Shown here: piece by piece, positions 1 through 15,145 of the stretch
How positions within the stretch are numbered: position 1 is the first letter of the stretch
How the letters are laid out: the number at the start of each line of letters is the position of its first letter
Source: Octopus vulgaris
Lineage: Eukaryota
Direction: 5' to 3'
DNA length: 64,000 bases
Assembly: GCA_951406725.2 (NCBI GenBank)
Contig: OX597830.1
Span: forward strand, 76,508,001-76,572,000
The notes under the pieces: model-generated
What the model was told of the DNA's origin: nothing
Databases searched by the model: none
What the model saw: the letters and a program-made list of their open reading frames with translations, nothing else
Translations under genes and position numbers: made by a program

Positions 1-56
1 ATACAATCTCAAATGCGCGCTCCAGCTCCCTGCATTCATATACAGACATTATATAT

Positions 57-58
<2 letters not shown>

Positions 59-138
<80 letters not shown>

Positions 139-172
139 GGATGTATGTATGTATGTATGCATATATGTATTA

Positions 173-226
<54 letters not shown>

Positions 227-350
227 TGTATGCATATATGTATTAACATATATATATATGTATACTTATATATACTTATATATATGCCGTATTTAAATGT
301 GTATCTGTGTATATGCATGTTTATGTATCTAAAACTAATATGTATATGCG

Positions 351-399
<49 letters not shown>

Positions 400-489
400 A
401 TGCAAAAGGGGACTGTGAAATGTACATACACACACATGCATGCGCGCGCACAAACATGTGAGAGTGTATGTGTGTTTGTGTGTGTGTAT

Positions 490-532
<43 letters not shown>

Positions 533-560
533 TTTGTGTGTATGCGCGCGCGTGTGTGTT
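59..560. repeat. Compound (TA)n/(TATG)n/(TG)n microsatellite; representative of dozens of such tracts across the window
   Basis: Read directly; explains the IYIY/HTHT/CVCV pseudo-ORFs. Confidence 0.95.
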
Positions 561-834
561 TTGCCAATGAACAAACCCAAGGCCACGCCTAGGCACGGAA
601 TCGAAACGACATTATGACAATCGTCAGTTCATTTCCTTAACCACAATAGGGAGAGAGGCAAAGATAATTTTGTGTTGTCGTCCTATGTGTTTTCTTATTT
701 TTGTACATCAAATATTTTCTAGTATTTCTCTCTTTACGTTTCTTGATCATAATAGTGAGAGAGAACATATTATGCTAGGGTTTATATATATATTTGTGTG
801 TGTTCATCAATGCCCCGGAAAGGAAGGCACATTT

Positions 835-901
<67 letters not shown>

Positions 902-979
902 AATATTTATCTATCCATCCATCGATTGTCGATCAATCGATCCACCCATCCATCTATCCGTCCATCCATCTATCCATCC

Positions 980-1064
<85 letters not shown>

Positions 1065-1087
1065 ATATATATATATATATATATATA

Positions 1088-1460
1088 AGATAAGGAAATG
1101 GAGAAATACATCCATATCAAATATCAATTACCAGATAATACTCAATTACATACTTTATTAAACCACCCCATAAGAGACTGTAGGGCTAAATATAAAAAGC
1201 AGAACAAATCAGTGTACATAAATGAATGTACATAAAAAAGTGTACATAAAAGAGTAATGTTGTATAATAAGTAGAATATATATAAAAGAGAATATAAATA
1301 TAAGCAAATATAAATATAAGTATAGGTTACATCTTACAGCTGTTTTGGCCATGTAGATAAGTGTGTCTCATTTTACAAATATTATCCTTTTATGGTAGGT
1401 CAATATATAGATATAAATGAGACATTTACAAAAATATCATAAGGCATCTTCGGAGATTAT
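1088..1460 (-). mobile_element. Penelope-like terminal (pLTR-like) fragment with decayed hammerhead motif, abutting (TA)n
   Basis: Minus strand reads ATCT-CCGAAGA-TGCC...GGCC-AAAA-CAGCTG-TA-AGAT, then AATAAA and (TA)n; its end resembles 28610-28700. Confidence 0.6.
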
Positions 1461-2355
1461 GTAATATAAATCAGTCTATATATATACCCACATGGTTGTG
1501 GGTGCATACCCATATTACAACATATATATATACATATGGGTGCACATACTCACACTCTTATATATATAAAAAATATACATATACATAATGATGTAAATAA
1601 ATAATATAAATTAGTAAACATATATATGTGTTCCACATTCAATGTCTCAGTTTATCGACTTAATATTGTAATAATAAACATACACAAGTTAGTACCTAGA
1701 TGCAAATATACATAGTCAATAATACATTATATTACTTCATACTAATTTCTAAAGTGTCATTAAAGTTAGCATCATTATTGTTGTCAATACCATTAATGTT
1801 ACCATTATTATCATTCATAATATTATTAATAACGCTTACATTAGGATCCAGAGCGGTATATATGTTCGGGTTCCATTTAGTAATTTTCCTTATGACATAA
1901 ATACACTATTGGATTTGAATTTAAAATTATCATTATCTTCCTCACGGTTGGTCAATTGAGAGCCGCCCGACCTCCACCACACCACACGTGCATGTGTGTG
2001 TGAGTTTCTGTGTTGATGTGTGGGTTTAGGGTTAGATATGGATGTGTATGTTTTGCTTGATTTGGATGTATTTCTCCATTTTCTTATCTTGTATTAGTAA
2101 TTTGTGGTAAATCATTTTACCTTGCCCATATAATGCAGTAAATGAATTGATTGCATCGCAATCAGTAACATTTATGTATTAACTTTGTTGGGTACTTCAC
2201 TAGCAGTATATTGGATATATGTTATCCCATGGAGGGTTGCATTTACAACCCCTATCTCAATCAGGGTAGGAAGAAGTTTTGGAAGTTTATTTACTCCCAG
2301 TAGCGTAGCATGTAGAAAACTAGTCAATAGACTGTATATTGTTCATGTAAATACT

Positions 2356-2740
2356 GTGTACATTTAAATACTTAAGAGGTGACTCTCATAGGACAGCTAG
2401 CATGCTAGAAGGTGTAGCCAAAATCTAAACCACTATTAAGGATAAATTTCGAAGGGAATGAAAAATAAAAACATTTACCATCCACCTCCTCGACCATAGT
2501 TTCAAACTTTAAATTAGCAAATAAGATAATTTGCTAGGCGGAACTTTCTTCAGCAGGTATGCAAAGATTAACATATAACTACGAGGCAATACAGTATATG
2601 CCTCGTGCTTATATATATATATATTAATTTTTCAAATCCACCTTCGAAATTTATCCCTAATAGTGGTTTGGATTTTGGCTATTACTTCTAGCATGCTAGG
2701 TGTTCTATGATGGTCACCTCTTATGTGTTTAAATGTACAC
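2356..2740. repeat. Imperfect ~100-bp inverted repeat (arms 2356-2455 and 2641-2740)
   Basis: gtgtacatttaaa...aatttcgaagg is the reverse complement of ccttcgaaattt...tttaaatgtacac, with scattered mismatches. Confidence 0.85.
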
Positions 2741-2879
2741 TGAATATGTATATATATATATATATACATCCATATATATATATATATATATATACATGCA
2801 CATAAATGCACATATCTGTGTTTGCATGTTAGTGTGCGAATTTATATATACTATAAGAGTTTAATATATACTGTTTTAA

Positions 2880-3090
2880 AGGCTGCGAGCTGGGAGAATC
2901 GTTAGCACGCCGGGCAAAATACTTAGCGATATTTCGTCCGTCTTTATGTTCTGATTTCAAATTCCCCTGAGGTCGACTTTGCCTTTCAGCCTTGGTGGGG
3001 TTGATAAAATAATGTACCAGCTTAAAATAGGAAGTTGATGTAATTTCTTACCTCCTCCCCCGAGAGTGTTGCTCTTGTCCTAAAATGTGA
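2880..3090 (+). mobile_element. SINE family A (tRNA-like head; core resembling the MetaSINE domain), diverged copy
   Basis: Head ggc(t)gcgagctgg..gttagcacgccgggc and core gaggtcgactttgcctttca..gataaaa..gtaccag, shared with 22699 and 37832. Confidence 0.8.
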
Positions 3091-3337
3091 AAAAATATTA
3101 AATGAAACCTGTGCTTGACGAGCACAATAGTTTTTAGGAATCTCGAAATGATGAAAAGCAAATGTTGAACTCTACCAAATATAGTTATTATCGCTTGTGG
3201 TTATAGAAAACCCAAGATGGCTGCTTGCAGGAAATTTCAAATAATAGATGTGCTCATCGGTCAAAACTGTCTTATGGTTTAAGAATCAGGCAAATCAAAT
3301 CACATTGTAAAGTATGCACGCTACCACACACACACAC

Positions 3338-3745
<408 letters not shown>

Positions 3746-4264
3746 TTCTCAGGTGAATTCATTCGTATTTTTTATCTTTTTGTCATTTTGTTTGGCACTT
3801 CCTTAGTATGTCTGAATAGAGGGTAAATTTATTCAACTTTCAAAAACGATAAAGAAAAGTTGTATAGGAGGAATAGAACTACAAAAGCAAAAGATGCAAA
3901 GCTCAACGATAGAAATATTTTTTTTGTTAATTCACATAACTCTGGAAAAGACTAAAATAAGTATAGAGAAAAATGCCTGTCTAATTTAAATGACAACCTA
4001 AAACAGATAGCAATGGCCTTAGCTAGGTTTGGGCTTTAACAAATACCAAAAATCTACGCAATACGATTAAACTGCGAACCACTTGATTGTGAAGAAATGA
4101 TTTTAATCTTGTAGCCATGTCTTGCATAAAGAAAATGAAGGTGCGTGATTTTGTGGTGGTAAGGGAGTGAATTCCCTTCCTGGCAGCGCGCTGGGTCCTT
4201 AAGGAAGGTAATATATTTTATTTTGCTCCAGTGCATTAAGCAGGCAAAAATTTGTTGCACAGTA

Positions 4265-4410
4265 ATTCAAAGGACCAGCCTTGTCACACTCGGCGTTCCG
4301 CTGAATCTCCCTGATAAATACGTTAAGGGTACACATGTTTGTGGAGTGCTCAGCCACTTGCACATTAATTCCACGAGTTGGCTGTCCCTGTTGTGAGCAT
4401 TCTGTTTGTA
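4265..4410 (+). mobile_element. SINE family C, 3' fragment
   Basis: ttcaaagg.ccagccttgtcacac..cgctgaatctccc..cagccacttgcac.ttaatt shared with 34545-34670. Confidence 0.65.
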
Positions 4411-4528
4411 ATCGCGCACACACAGAGCAAGCAGGAACGTAAAACAACTATTATTTATGTGTGGGTGTGTTTTGCGTGCGCATACTTATCTTTATGTGTG
4501 TGTGTGTGTATTTATATATGTATGTATG

Positions 4529-4580
<52 letters not shown>

Positions 4581-4583
4581 TAT

Positions 4584-4645
<62 letters not shown>

Positions 4646-4675
4646 GGATCGATAGATGGATAGATCGATAGAAAG

Positions 4676-4724
<49 letters not shown>

Positions 4725-4857
4725 TGCATATATATGTGTGTGCGTGTATGTGTATATATATGTATGTGTTTGAGCGAATGTGAGTACTAGATATATATGG
4801 TTTGAACATGTGCACGCGAACCACATATATGCATGTGTGTGTGTGTGTGTAAAAGGG

Positions 4858-4892
<35 letters not shown>

Positions 4893-4994
4893 CACAGAAT
4901 GAGGGATATCATCACACATGTGTTTCAAATATCGGTGGAAACTGAAGCATGCTAAGGCAAATGCGTACATGTTGATTGCTATAGCAGTAATTAC

Positions 4995-5094
<100 letters not shown>

Positions 5095-5276
5095 TTTATT
5101 TTTATTATTAGGATGTGGATTATGCGCGAGTCGTCCAGTGTTGAGTGATATTGTATTCAGTAGAGACGGTTAAATTAATGATGCATTAGGTCTGGAGGTT
5201 CAGAAACCAGAGCGATAATGTTGTGTGAAAAAATGTGATATCAAATTTAAGTTACTTATTGTTGTTGCTGTTGTTG

Positions 5277-5311
<35 letters not shown>

Positions 5312-5438
5312 GAGCGATGCTGTGGGTGTTGATCGGCGTTGATTCTCACGAGGCATATGGCCGCCGTTACGTTTGAAGAGTTAATGCTTAAGCACATAAG
5401 AGATAAACATATATGTATTCATAAATGTTTGTATATAG

Positions 5439-5471
<33 letters not shown>

Positions 5472-5546
5472 TACATACATATACACAAACATGTGCAAAC
5501 AAAAAGGCTCACAAACCCTCTCATATATCTATGTGCGCACAGAAAC

Positions 5547-5606
<60 letters not shown>

Positions 5607-5772
5607 GTATTGTATATATGTATATCTATGTATGTTCATACATCTATTTATGTAAGCAGCGTTGAATAAAATATATTGATGTAGTTTTATGTTCATGCAC
5701 ATCCGGACTTAAGCTTGTATATGCATACAGCACTCACACACACACAAATACACACATATACACACATATATA

Positions 5773-5818
<46 letters not shown>

Positions 5819-6532
5819 TATATATATGTATGTATGTATGTATATATATTTATGTATATATATATATACATATATACCTATATATTGATATAGATTAAAC
5901 ATATATATGCAAATATATTTATTCGTGTGAGCATGTGTGCGTGCGCATGCGTGTGAGAGAGTGGGCGTCTGTCTGCGTGTGTGTACATGTCCATTTTTTT
6001 GCTTGCAATGCTCTTATCGTTTGACGTTGGTTTTGAAGCCATTGTTGTTGTTATTTTTGTCGTCGATGCAGTTGCTGCTGTCGCTGCTGCTGTTGTCCTC
6101 AAAACTTTACAAGACGAAAAGTTGACTGAAAATTCATCACACTTCATCAGAGTATTATCCCCCCAAAAGTCTTACGATATGCTTCTTTTTAACGTGAAAT
6201 TGTTTTTGTATACTGTTTGACAGAAAAAAAATACAAGCAATGATATACATAAATACATACATACATATATCTATATATACATATATACAACAGTATCTCA
6301 TGTGAGACAAAATATCAGATAGGGTGAAATTTTTAATATAGGCATTGCCATCTTGGTTATACTTCGGTAAATTAAATTTTATGTTACGAAATATATCCTG
6401 GGCATTTGTCGGTTTGAATGTACGACGACTATATCACGTATACATTGTGTTATATAAAAAGTGTTATGCACACATATACTCACACACACGTACACACACA
6501 CACACACACGCGAGCACACACAGCTTTATTTG

Positions 6533-6698
6533 TAGGCGCAGCATAGACGAATAGTTAAGAAGGTTCCTTCGCAGCCACGAGTTGCGGTCTTCAAGTCTAT
6601 TTCGTGAGATCTTGGGCAAGTCACAGTTTCTACAGTTTCGGTCGACCCATATATTATGAATAAAACTGGGTAGACGGAAACTGTATAGAAGCCCGTCG
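6533..6698 (+). mobile_element. Old CORE-type SINE (family B-like), 5' half
   Basis: cttgggcaagt core and ggtagacggaaactg..gaagcccgtcg. Confidence 0.6.
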
Positions 6699-7353
6699 AA
6701 TAAATTGCACCTTTGATCGAAGGTGTCAGCTTTGACACGCAATTTGTCATCTGATACTGAATGAGAATTACGTTTATGTCTGTAGAATACTCAGCCACTT
6801 GCACTTTAACTTAATTCAATGAATGGGTACATCCGACATGATGGAGCGATGCAAATTTATTTTCCCAGGTTTTCACCGGACAGAGTAAAACTTTTCCGAC
6901 CGACAAAATGCGCCAGATCCGATGATAATTCCTCTGCCGGGAAAAATTCTTATCAGCATTTCCTCAATGTTTACGTTCTGAGTTCAAATTCCGCTGAGGT
7001 CGACTTTGCCTTTCATCCTTACGGGGGTCGATAAGCTAATTACCAGCTGAGTACTGGGGTTGATGTAATCGACTGAACCCAACCCCCAAACCCACCCTAA
7101 ACTTGCTTGCCTTCTGCCTATAGTCAAAAGGATTATCTAACCTAATTTTTATAGCAACCAAATCTACTTCACATAACATTTAATTATCTTGAAAAATGAA
7201 GGACACATTTGATGGCAAATCAGCTGCATATTCTTCTCTAAAATATCATCCTGGATCCTATATTGGAAGATTCCCACCCCACGTACCTATAACGTAATAT
7301 TACAAGCTTTAATGTACTAATTTTTTCTCTCTGAATATGCGTTGCAGAAATTA

Positions 7354-7918
7354 TTGGGTTGTTCGGAAAGTTGTGTGCCGATTTATAGTAGCTTACATTT
7401 CGACTTAATTTAGAACATGGTTGAGTCCATAAAATAGTATTTTACTACACCGCCATTTAGAGCATAGTTTAAGCTATCTATTCGTGGAGGGAGGTTTATG
7501 TTCCTATAACCTGTGTTAATTCTGTATCCCTTTAAAATGAAAGATAAGAAAGTTCCTTTTCGGCATTTGATGCTTTGGGAACCAGACAATAATTGCTGCA
7601 GCTCGGCTGGTATGTGCTACCCCACCCTCCATATTCACCAGATATTGCTCCTTCGGATTCCCAATTATTCAGGTCTCTGCAGAAATAGTCTTAATGGTAA
7701 AAATTTCAATTCCTTGGATGACGTAAGATACCTTGATGAATTCTTTGCCATGAAACCATCTCAATTCTGGGAAGAGGGTACTATTTAGTTAAAGGAAAGA
7801 TGGAGACGCATTGTGCAACAAAATGGTTCATATTTAGTTGATTAAAAATGTAATGGCAAGTACTTATTGACCTTTATCTTTCCTTTAAAATTCGACACGA
7901 ACTTTCCGGACAACCCAA
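7354..7918 (+). mobile_element. Internally deleted mariner (Tc1/mariner) element with both TIRs
   Basis: TIRs ttgggttgttcggaaagtt / aactttccggacaacccaa, TA at left; internal translation HPPYSPDIAPSD...LNGKNFNSLDDV...FWEEG..RWRRIVQQNGSY. Confidence 0.9.
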
Positions 7919-8585
7919 AAGTATATGTCTGAAATGGTCTTGCGTCTTTTATGCCGTTAAATACAGTATGTAATAAAGTTCTAGATGTACACTGTCTTCA
8001 GAAAGGAAAGACAAAAAAAAAAAAAAAAAAAAAGAAAAGAAAAATACAAAACCAAAAATAATAAGGTGCATTTAGTCACTGTGTGAATGCTTTTGAACAG
8101 AACTCTATTCCATTATGACTGAGCACATGCTAAACCACCCCAGCCACATTTGCAGCGATCTGCATGGACAGACGAAGAAATAAATTCATAGAAAAGTACA
8201 AAGCCACAATTTATTACAGCTTCGTCATTGACGTGTTCAGTGAGACGGACATGTACAGAGTATAAAAGCCGAAGAACTCACTTGGAAAATTCTCTGTTCT
8301 TCAGTTGGATACCTAACATCTAAGAATAAGTAACTATCCGTTATATTACACCAACGTATACTAAAACCACCAATAAATGTCTCAGTATATGCATGCTGAG
8401 CGAGATGACATCATTGGTGTACAAAATGTTATATACAGTCCAGTGAAGGAATATCGTTGTGGCTGTTATTTCTATCGGGTCATTCATTCGACATGGTAGA
8501 AATAGCAGCAACATCTCCCTGAAATCACACTCTATTGTCTCTAAAATTGAAGATCATATATTATTATATAGATTTAGATACCCTC

Positions 8586-8681
<96 letters not shown>

Positions 8682-8683
<2 letters not shown>

Positions 8684-9033
8684 TACCTCTGCCTTAGTGA
8701 AGGCGAAGGTATGTTTATTTGTCTGTGGACAAGAGATCTCAAGAACCGCTGGATGGATTCGGATGAAACTTTCAAGGATGTTTGGCCTCGTGACTGGCAC
8801 AAATGGATTAGATTTACGGATCGATCGAGTTTAAGACTAGGATTCTGGATTATTTTTCTGTTTTCCTTTTACTTAATTTTTGAGAGCGGTCGGGTTCATT
8901 TTTAGTATTATCGTTTGTGAGAGCAGTCGAGTTTATTTAAAGATATTTTCATTTTAAAAATCATCTCCGGCTAATCGTTGAGAGGTCGTTGCTGTTGCCT
9001 TGGTGGAGGTTTGCGCTCTCTGAGTGCTCTTGT
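8682..9033 (+). mobile_element. Helentron-associated non-autonomous element (HINE/DINE-1-like)
   Basis: Starts ttacctctgcc; ends ccttggtggaggtttgcgctctctgagtgctcttgtt (subterminal IR plus 3' hairpin); second copy at 14830-15138. Confidence 0.7.
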
Positions 9034-9045
9034 TATAAATGTTTT

Positions 9046-9520
9046 AGGCGGCGAGCTGGCTGAATCGTTAGCACACCGGGCAAAATGCTTAGCGGCAAGT
9101 CATCTATCTTTACCTTTCCACTTTATATTCCACAGTGGTCGACTTTGCCTTTCAACCTTTCGGGGTCGATAAAATAGATACTAGTCAAGTACTGAGGTCG
9201 ATGTTACCGACCTCGGGAGAATTTGAACTCAGAACGTAGCGGCTAACGAGATACCTATTTCTTTACTACCCACAAGGGGTTAAACACAGAGGGGACAAAC
9301 AAGAACAGACAAACGAATTAAGTCGATTAGATCGACCCCAGTGCGTAACTGGTTCTTATTTAATCGACCCCAGTGCGTAACTGGTACTTTTTTAATCGAC
9401 CCCGAAAGGATGAAAGGCAAAGTCGACCTCGGCGGAATTCGAAATCAGAACATAACGGCAGACGAAATACGGCTACGCATTTCGCCCGGCTTGCTAACGT
9501 TTCTGCCAGCTCGCCGCCTT
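9046..9520. mobile_element. Two opposed SINE A copies (+ 9046-9210; - 9208-9520), the minus copy with a partial tandem unit
   Basis: ggcggcgagctggc head on + at 9047; gccagctcgccgcctt at ~9505-9520. Confidence 0.85.
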
Positions 9521-10091
9521 CAGCAGTTGCCTAAATATGCCATCGAGGTTAATCCCTTCAATAGCAATATGTTACGCAATATCACCATAAAAAGAAATAT
9601 TGCCGTAAGATAAATACAAACAATCTCCCTGCTATATAATCTATTATTTAAAATTCTTTGTGTGTGTCTGTGTGTGTGTTTTCTAGGATCTCAAGCATCC
9701 TCCATCCGATTGCACTAAAATTTGATATGTAGATACCGACGGTATCAGGGCGTGTATAAGTCTTGAAAAAATTACAAAAATCGATTCCAGGTGTGAATGC
9801 GATCGATAAAACCGTTTTTGTCCTACTTTTCTTCCGTGAACCTGCTTCGAAAAGCTGATGCTCAACTAATAATAAATTTATTTTTATATACATTCTACTA
9901 TAGGAAGAAGGCTTGGAATTAGGGGAAGGATGTAAATCGATTACATCGATCCCAGTGTGCAATTGGTACTTCTTTCATCGAATCTGAAAGGATGAATGGC
10001 AAAGCTGACCTCGTCGAAATTTGAAATTTGAACGTAACGAAGGTCGATAAGTTTATATTTATATGAAGACTCAATAAAGCGCTCAGTGATA

Positions 10092-10487
10092 TCTTTATAT
10101 ATAAAAGTGAAGTTGTGTGTCTGTCTCCTACGATTTAGATTCCTAACTACTCCCACATTTTGCGGTGCAGTGTAACCGAAGGCGGGTATCTTATAGTCGT
10201 GATTCATATCGAACCCTTCTGGGTATTAGCGCACGTCTACGATGAGTCTACGATTTTAAAAATAATTTACCATCATTTTTTCCATTTTAATGCATTTTTT
10301 CGCTATTATATAAGGGAGGTAACTCTCTAAAAATGTCTACGATGAGTCAACGATTTAAAAAAAAATTTAACGTCATTTTTTTTCAATTTTTAATGCATTT
10401 TTTGCTATTTTTTGGCTATAACTCACTAAAAATGCTTATATAGTTATTTCCCTTACAAACCCGAGCAACGCCGGGCGATACTGCTAG
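10092..10487 (+). mobile_element. Non-autonomous Helitron
   Basis: A|TC 5' end (tctttatatataaaag); 3' cccgagcaacgccggg hairpin then CTAG|T. Confidence 0.85.
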
Positions 10488-10863
10488 TTAGTAAATACAG
10501 ATATGACATTGTGAAAGAAAAAAGCTAGGATTTTAAAGCAAATAGATCGGCTAATGTAAACTTATAGATACAATCTATAAATGGAACGGTAAAAAAATTC
10601 AAGATTTGTTCAACATGAAACAGTTACTGTTGTTTGCATTCAAATTCTAGCGACGGTAAAAGAACCACTCCTTCTCTCTACAAAGAGCTCTACACTACAG
10701 AACAAAATACGAAAACATAGAGATATTACATACATTAAAACGTATATGAATTAACGTATCTCTGTACACTATTGTAGTGTTCAAATGTAAACAGAATATA
10801 TATATATATATCTACATACATATATATATATATATATATACATATATATACATATATATACAG

Positions 10864-10947
<84 letters not shown>

Positions 10948-11068
10948 TCACAAACATTCCAGTTGTGTTTCTGTGTTCCTGAACGAAACAGTTCAACAAA
11001 TCTTTTGTTTTCTCCTTTATAACTTTATTCTGCTTGAGGTTGTTGCTCATTTTCTTCTTCGTCTTCTT

Positions 11069-11121
<53 letters not shown>

Positions 11122-11476
11122 CATTATTATTATTATCATTGTTATTCGTTGCTGTAGCTGCCATAATTGTTTCTAAGTTTCAGATTATTCCTCAATCAAT
11201 CAAATTCTCACTGAGACATCAGTTCCCCAGCTGAGCTCCTCAGACATTTTTTTTTATCTATCTCACGTCTTCAAAGAGATTAGCACACACAAACACACAT
11301 ACACACACGCGCACACACACATCTATGAGCATACATTCACACCTACTCAAACACACATACACGTATATATATATATAGAGAGAGAGATGTGTGCGCGTGT
11401 GTGTGTGTGTGTTTCTATATGTACATATATATGTGTGTGTGTGTGTGTGTATTTATATACATATGTATATAAAAAG

Positions 11477-11521
<45 letters not shown>

Positions 11522-12179
11522 CACAAATATGTATATGGATATATATATTATATATATTATATATATATTATATATATATATACATACAGACACATATATA
11601 TACATGAGAAAGCACACATACACACATGTATATGCATATATATATATAAACACATATATATGTATATATATTTATATAAGCACACACACACACACACACA
11701 TATGAGAAAAGATACACACATATACACTGTAAACATACTTCTTCGTAGCAGTATTATAATACTATATATACTTTCTAATAATATAATAATACAGGGAAGA
11801 CAAAACAACAAAACAAAAAATTATAGATAAAAAAAACAAAATGAACGATGAACATCCATCCCCATCTACTACTCTAACCTATGAAAAACAAAATAAACAA
11901 ACAAACACTGACCCCCCCATCCTTAGTAATCACCTCGTATAATCTGGGTATATATATATATACAATGATATGAGTCTCGCTACTGGTTGCTTTGACAGTC
12001 AACATATCTGGATAAAACCACAGGCCGCAGGAATCTTTGTAGAGATTACGTGTTCAATACTTCACACACGCACCCACACACTCACATAAACAAACATGCA
12101 CAAAAACACAAAAATGGAGGCATACAAACAGTTACAAGCACAAAAATAGAAATATGTACACACACTCATACATACATGC

Positions 12180-12234
<55 letters not shown>

Positions 12235-12270
12235 TATACATATACACACACACACACACACATATACATA

Positions 12271-12306
<36 letters not shown>

Positions 12307-12374
12307 CATATATATCCACTCCATATCCACACCATTATCCACACCAATATCCACACCATTATCCTTCTCTTCTC

Positions 12375-12976
12375 CACTTTTGCCCGACCCCACCTTGAAT
12401 ACTGTTGTCCACTGTGGTCTCCCCACACAATACAAGGTATCATAAAAGTCGAAGCACCTCAAAGGGCAATCACAAAAAAGATAGATGGCATGACAGGCCT
12501 CGACTATTGGGGTCGACTAGAAAAGCTAAAACTCTATTCTCTCCAACGTCGTCGTGAGCGCTACATCATCTGCATGATGTGGAAAATATTCCATCAGCAT
12601 TGCCCAAATGATGTTGGCATCACCTTTAAGGTACATCCAAGGCTTGGGCCCCGTGCCATCCGCCCAAAACAAAAATCGCACTCTCATCTCATAACAACAA
12701 TACGGCACAATTATTTCACCTCAATTGGCCCCGCTCTCTTTAACATTACACCAAAACACATTAAAACAGAAACTGACCCTATAGGGTTCAAGAAGTCTTT
12801 GGACAGATTCCTTCAAGAAATCCCGGATAAACCCCCTACACCCGGATATGTCTCTGTAAACAATAACTCTCTACTTGAGTGGGCCATAGTGCCCAAATTC
12901 TGACTTGAAAGACTTCACCAGGTGGTGCTATTAAGTTAGACATGGCCTGGGCCAATAATGGCCGAAACCTATCAAA

Positions 12977-12978
<2 letters not shown>
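12375..12978 (+). pseudogene. 5'-truncated CR1/L2-group LINE; ORF2 C-terminus (stop at 12903) plus 3' UTR
   Basis: [14 protein letters not shown]...QRAITKKIDGM..LDYWGRLEKLKLYSLQRRRERY...FKKSLDRFL. Confidence 0.9.
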
Positions 12979-13055
<77 letters not shown>

Positions 13056-13123
13056 TATATACACGCACACAGAAATATATATTTGTTTGTGGGTTGTGTG
13101 TATACTCACGTATTGGATGTCTA

Positions 13124-13166
<43 letters not shown>

Positions 13167-13584
13167 ATGTATGTATACATATATGTGCGTATGAACATGT
13201 ATAAAATTATTTTTATATGTGTATATATACAGGTACAAGTGTTAATGCTTAAATAACGAATATATGTATTCACTTGTATATACGTATGCATACGCGCACA
13301 CACATGTACGTGTGCATGTATGTATGTGTGTGCGCGTGTGCGCCAGTGTGTGTTTGTGTTTGTGTGTGTGTGTGTGTGCGTGTGTGTGTGTTTTGTGTTT
13401 TCCACAATGTAATCTTGGTGAAAAAAATACTTAAGCAGTTACGAAGAAATTATTGCTGTTATCAATCTAACTCTGATAGTTTGGAATTTATGTAGTCAAA
13501 CTGAAAGAATTCTTGGGGTGAAAATTATCCCAGGAAATTTTTACAAATTACTCCACAATTACAGTCAATAATATTAATATTGTT

Positions 13585-14650
13585 TTCAAATTTTAGCATA
13601 TGTCCAGCAACCTCGGTGGGTAAGTCGATTACATGAACCTCAGTGCGCAACTGGTACTTACTTTATTGATCCTGAAAAGTTGAGAGACAAAGTCGACCTC
13701 GGCGTAATTTGAACTAGGGATTCTAAAAATGCTGCGAGGCATTTTGTCCGACTTGCTAAAGAATCTATCAAACTGTCGCTTAAATAAAGAGTATAACAAT
13801 TATTTCGAATTTTTGCTACAAGAGCAGCTTGGAGGAGGTTGGGATGAGTCGATTAAATCGACCCAAGTGTTCAACTCCTACTTATTTTATCTGCCCCGAA
13901 AAGGGGAAAGGTATCGTCGATATCGGCGGAATTTGAACTCAGAACGTAACGGCAGACGAAATACCGCTAAGCATTTCGCCCGGCGTGCTAACGTTTCTGC
14001 CAGCTCGCCGCCTTATAAAGAGTAATAATAAAGGCTTCAAATATTGGCACAAAAAAGTAAGCAATTTTGGGCGCAGGTATTAGTCAATTCTGTTGACCCC
14101 CATATTCAATTGATGCTTATTTTATCGACCCCGAAAAAATGATGGGCAAAGTCGACGTCAGCAGCATTTAAACTCAGAATGTGAAGATGAACAAAATGCC
14201 GGTAATGCATTTTTTCCCCTCGCACTCAAGATTCTGCTAGTTCGTCGCCTCGTGATAACGGTTTGAAATTCTGTCACAAGGCCAACTGATTCTGAGGGAA
14301 GGGGGAAATCGATGTGATCGACCCAAAATTTGACTAGTGCTTATATTATCGACCCCGAAATGATGAAGGGCAAAATCGACTTCGGCGTGTTTTTTTTCAG
14401 CTCAAAACGTAGAGACGGACGAAATGACGCAAAATATTTTGTCCAGCGTACGTTCGATTCTGCCACACTACCGTCTAGTAATAATTATAACATCAGTTTC
14501 TAACATAAGCGCAAGGCTAGTTCATTATATTTGTCATATGACTGGTACTCAACTAACGTTATGATTCTAAATTTTTCTTAGGTAAAGTCAACCCCGGCAG
14601 AATGTGAACTAAGCATTTCGCCCAGCGTGCTAACGATCCTGCCAGCTCTG
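13585..14650 (-). mobile_element. Cluster of ~5 same-orientation diverged SINE A copies
   Basis: Repeated ttatcgaccccgaaa..aaagtcgac..cggc..tttgaactcaga motifs near 13665, 13890, 14120, 14345 and 14580. Confidence 0.75.
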
Positions 14651-14829
14651 TAAGATCAGACTCCTCACATTTGGAGGCGAAAGTTGCAAACTCAGGATAT
14701 TAATACGATTGATACCCTGCCTGAACATTCTACAAGTGAAGGGTTGCAGGAATGAAAGTGGACAGTCAGAGAACCGAGTGGCTTTTTTGAATGACTGTAG
14801 GAAAATGAACTCTGATATTAGGGATCAAC

Positions 14830-15138
14830 CAACGTACTCTCAACGATTAGCCGGAGATGATTTTTAAAATGAGAATATCTAAAATAAACTCGATTGCACT
14901 CACAAACGAGAATACTAAATATGGACCCAACCGCTCACAAGACTTAAGTAAAAAAAAATGAAAAAACGGAAAAGTAATCCAGAAACCTTGTCCAGTACCG
15001 GATCGATCCCATAATCTAATCAGTTCGTGCTAGCCACGAGGCCAAATAACCTTGAAAGTTTCATCCGAATTCATATCTTTTCCACGGACTGAAACACGAG
15101 TGAAATCAATACCTCCACCTTCGCTGAGGCAGAGGTAA
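14830..15138 (-). mobile_element. HINE-like element, second copy
   Basis: Reverse complement of the 8682-8990 sequence (aaaatcatctccggctaatcgttgag; ttacctctgcct). Confidence 0.7.
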
Positions 15139-15145
15139 TAATGAT

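Noticed and set aside
2026-2036. TTAGGG telomere-like motifs (also ~18030, ~46990)
   Set aside because: One or two units only; chance level
2075-2175. Minus-strand peptide TDCDAINSFTALYGQGK resembling the GCD..S.F.G.GK nuclease motif
   Set aside because: Short, flanked by stops, and imperfect; needs a profile search before any claim
8225-8325. TATA plus Inr on +, or a micro-exon on - (ag...gtgagt)
   Set aside because: TATA-Inr spacing of ~42 nt is wrong, and such short signals are expected by chance with no neighbouring exons
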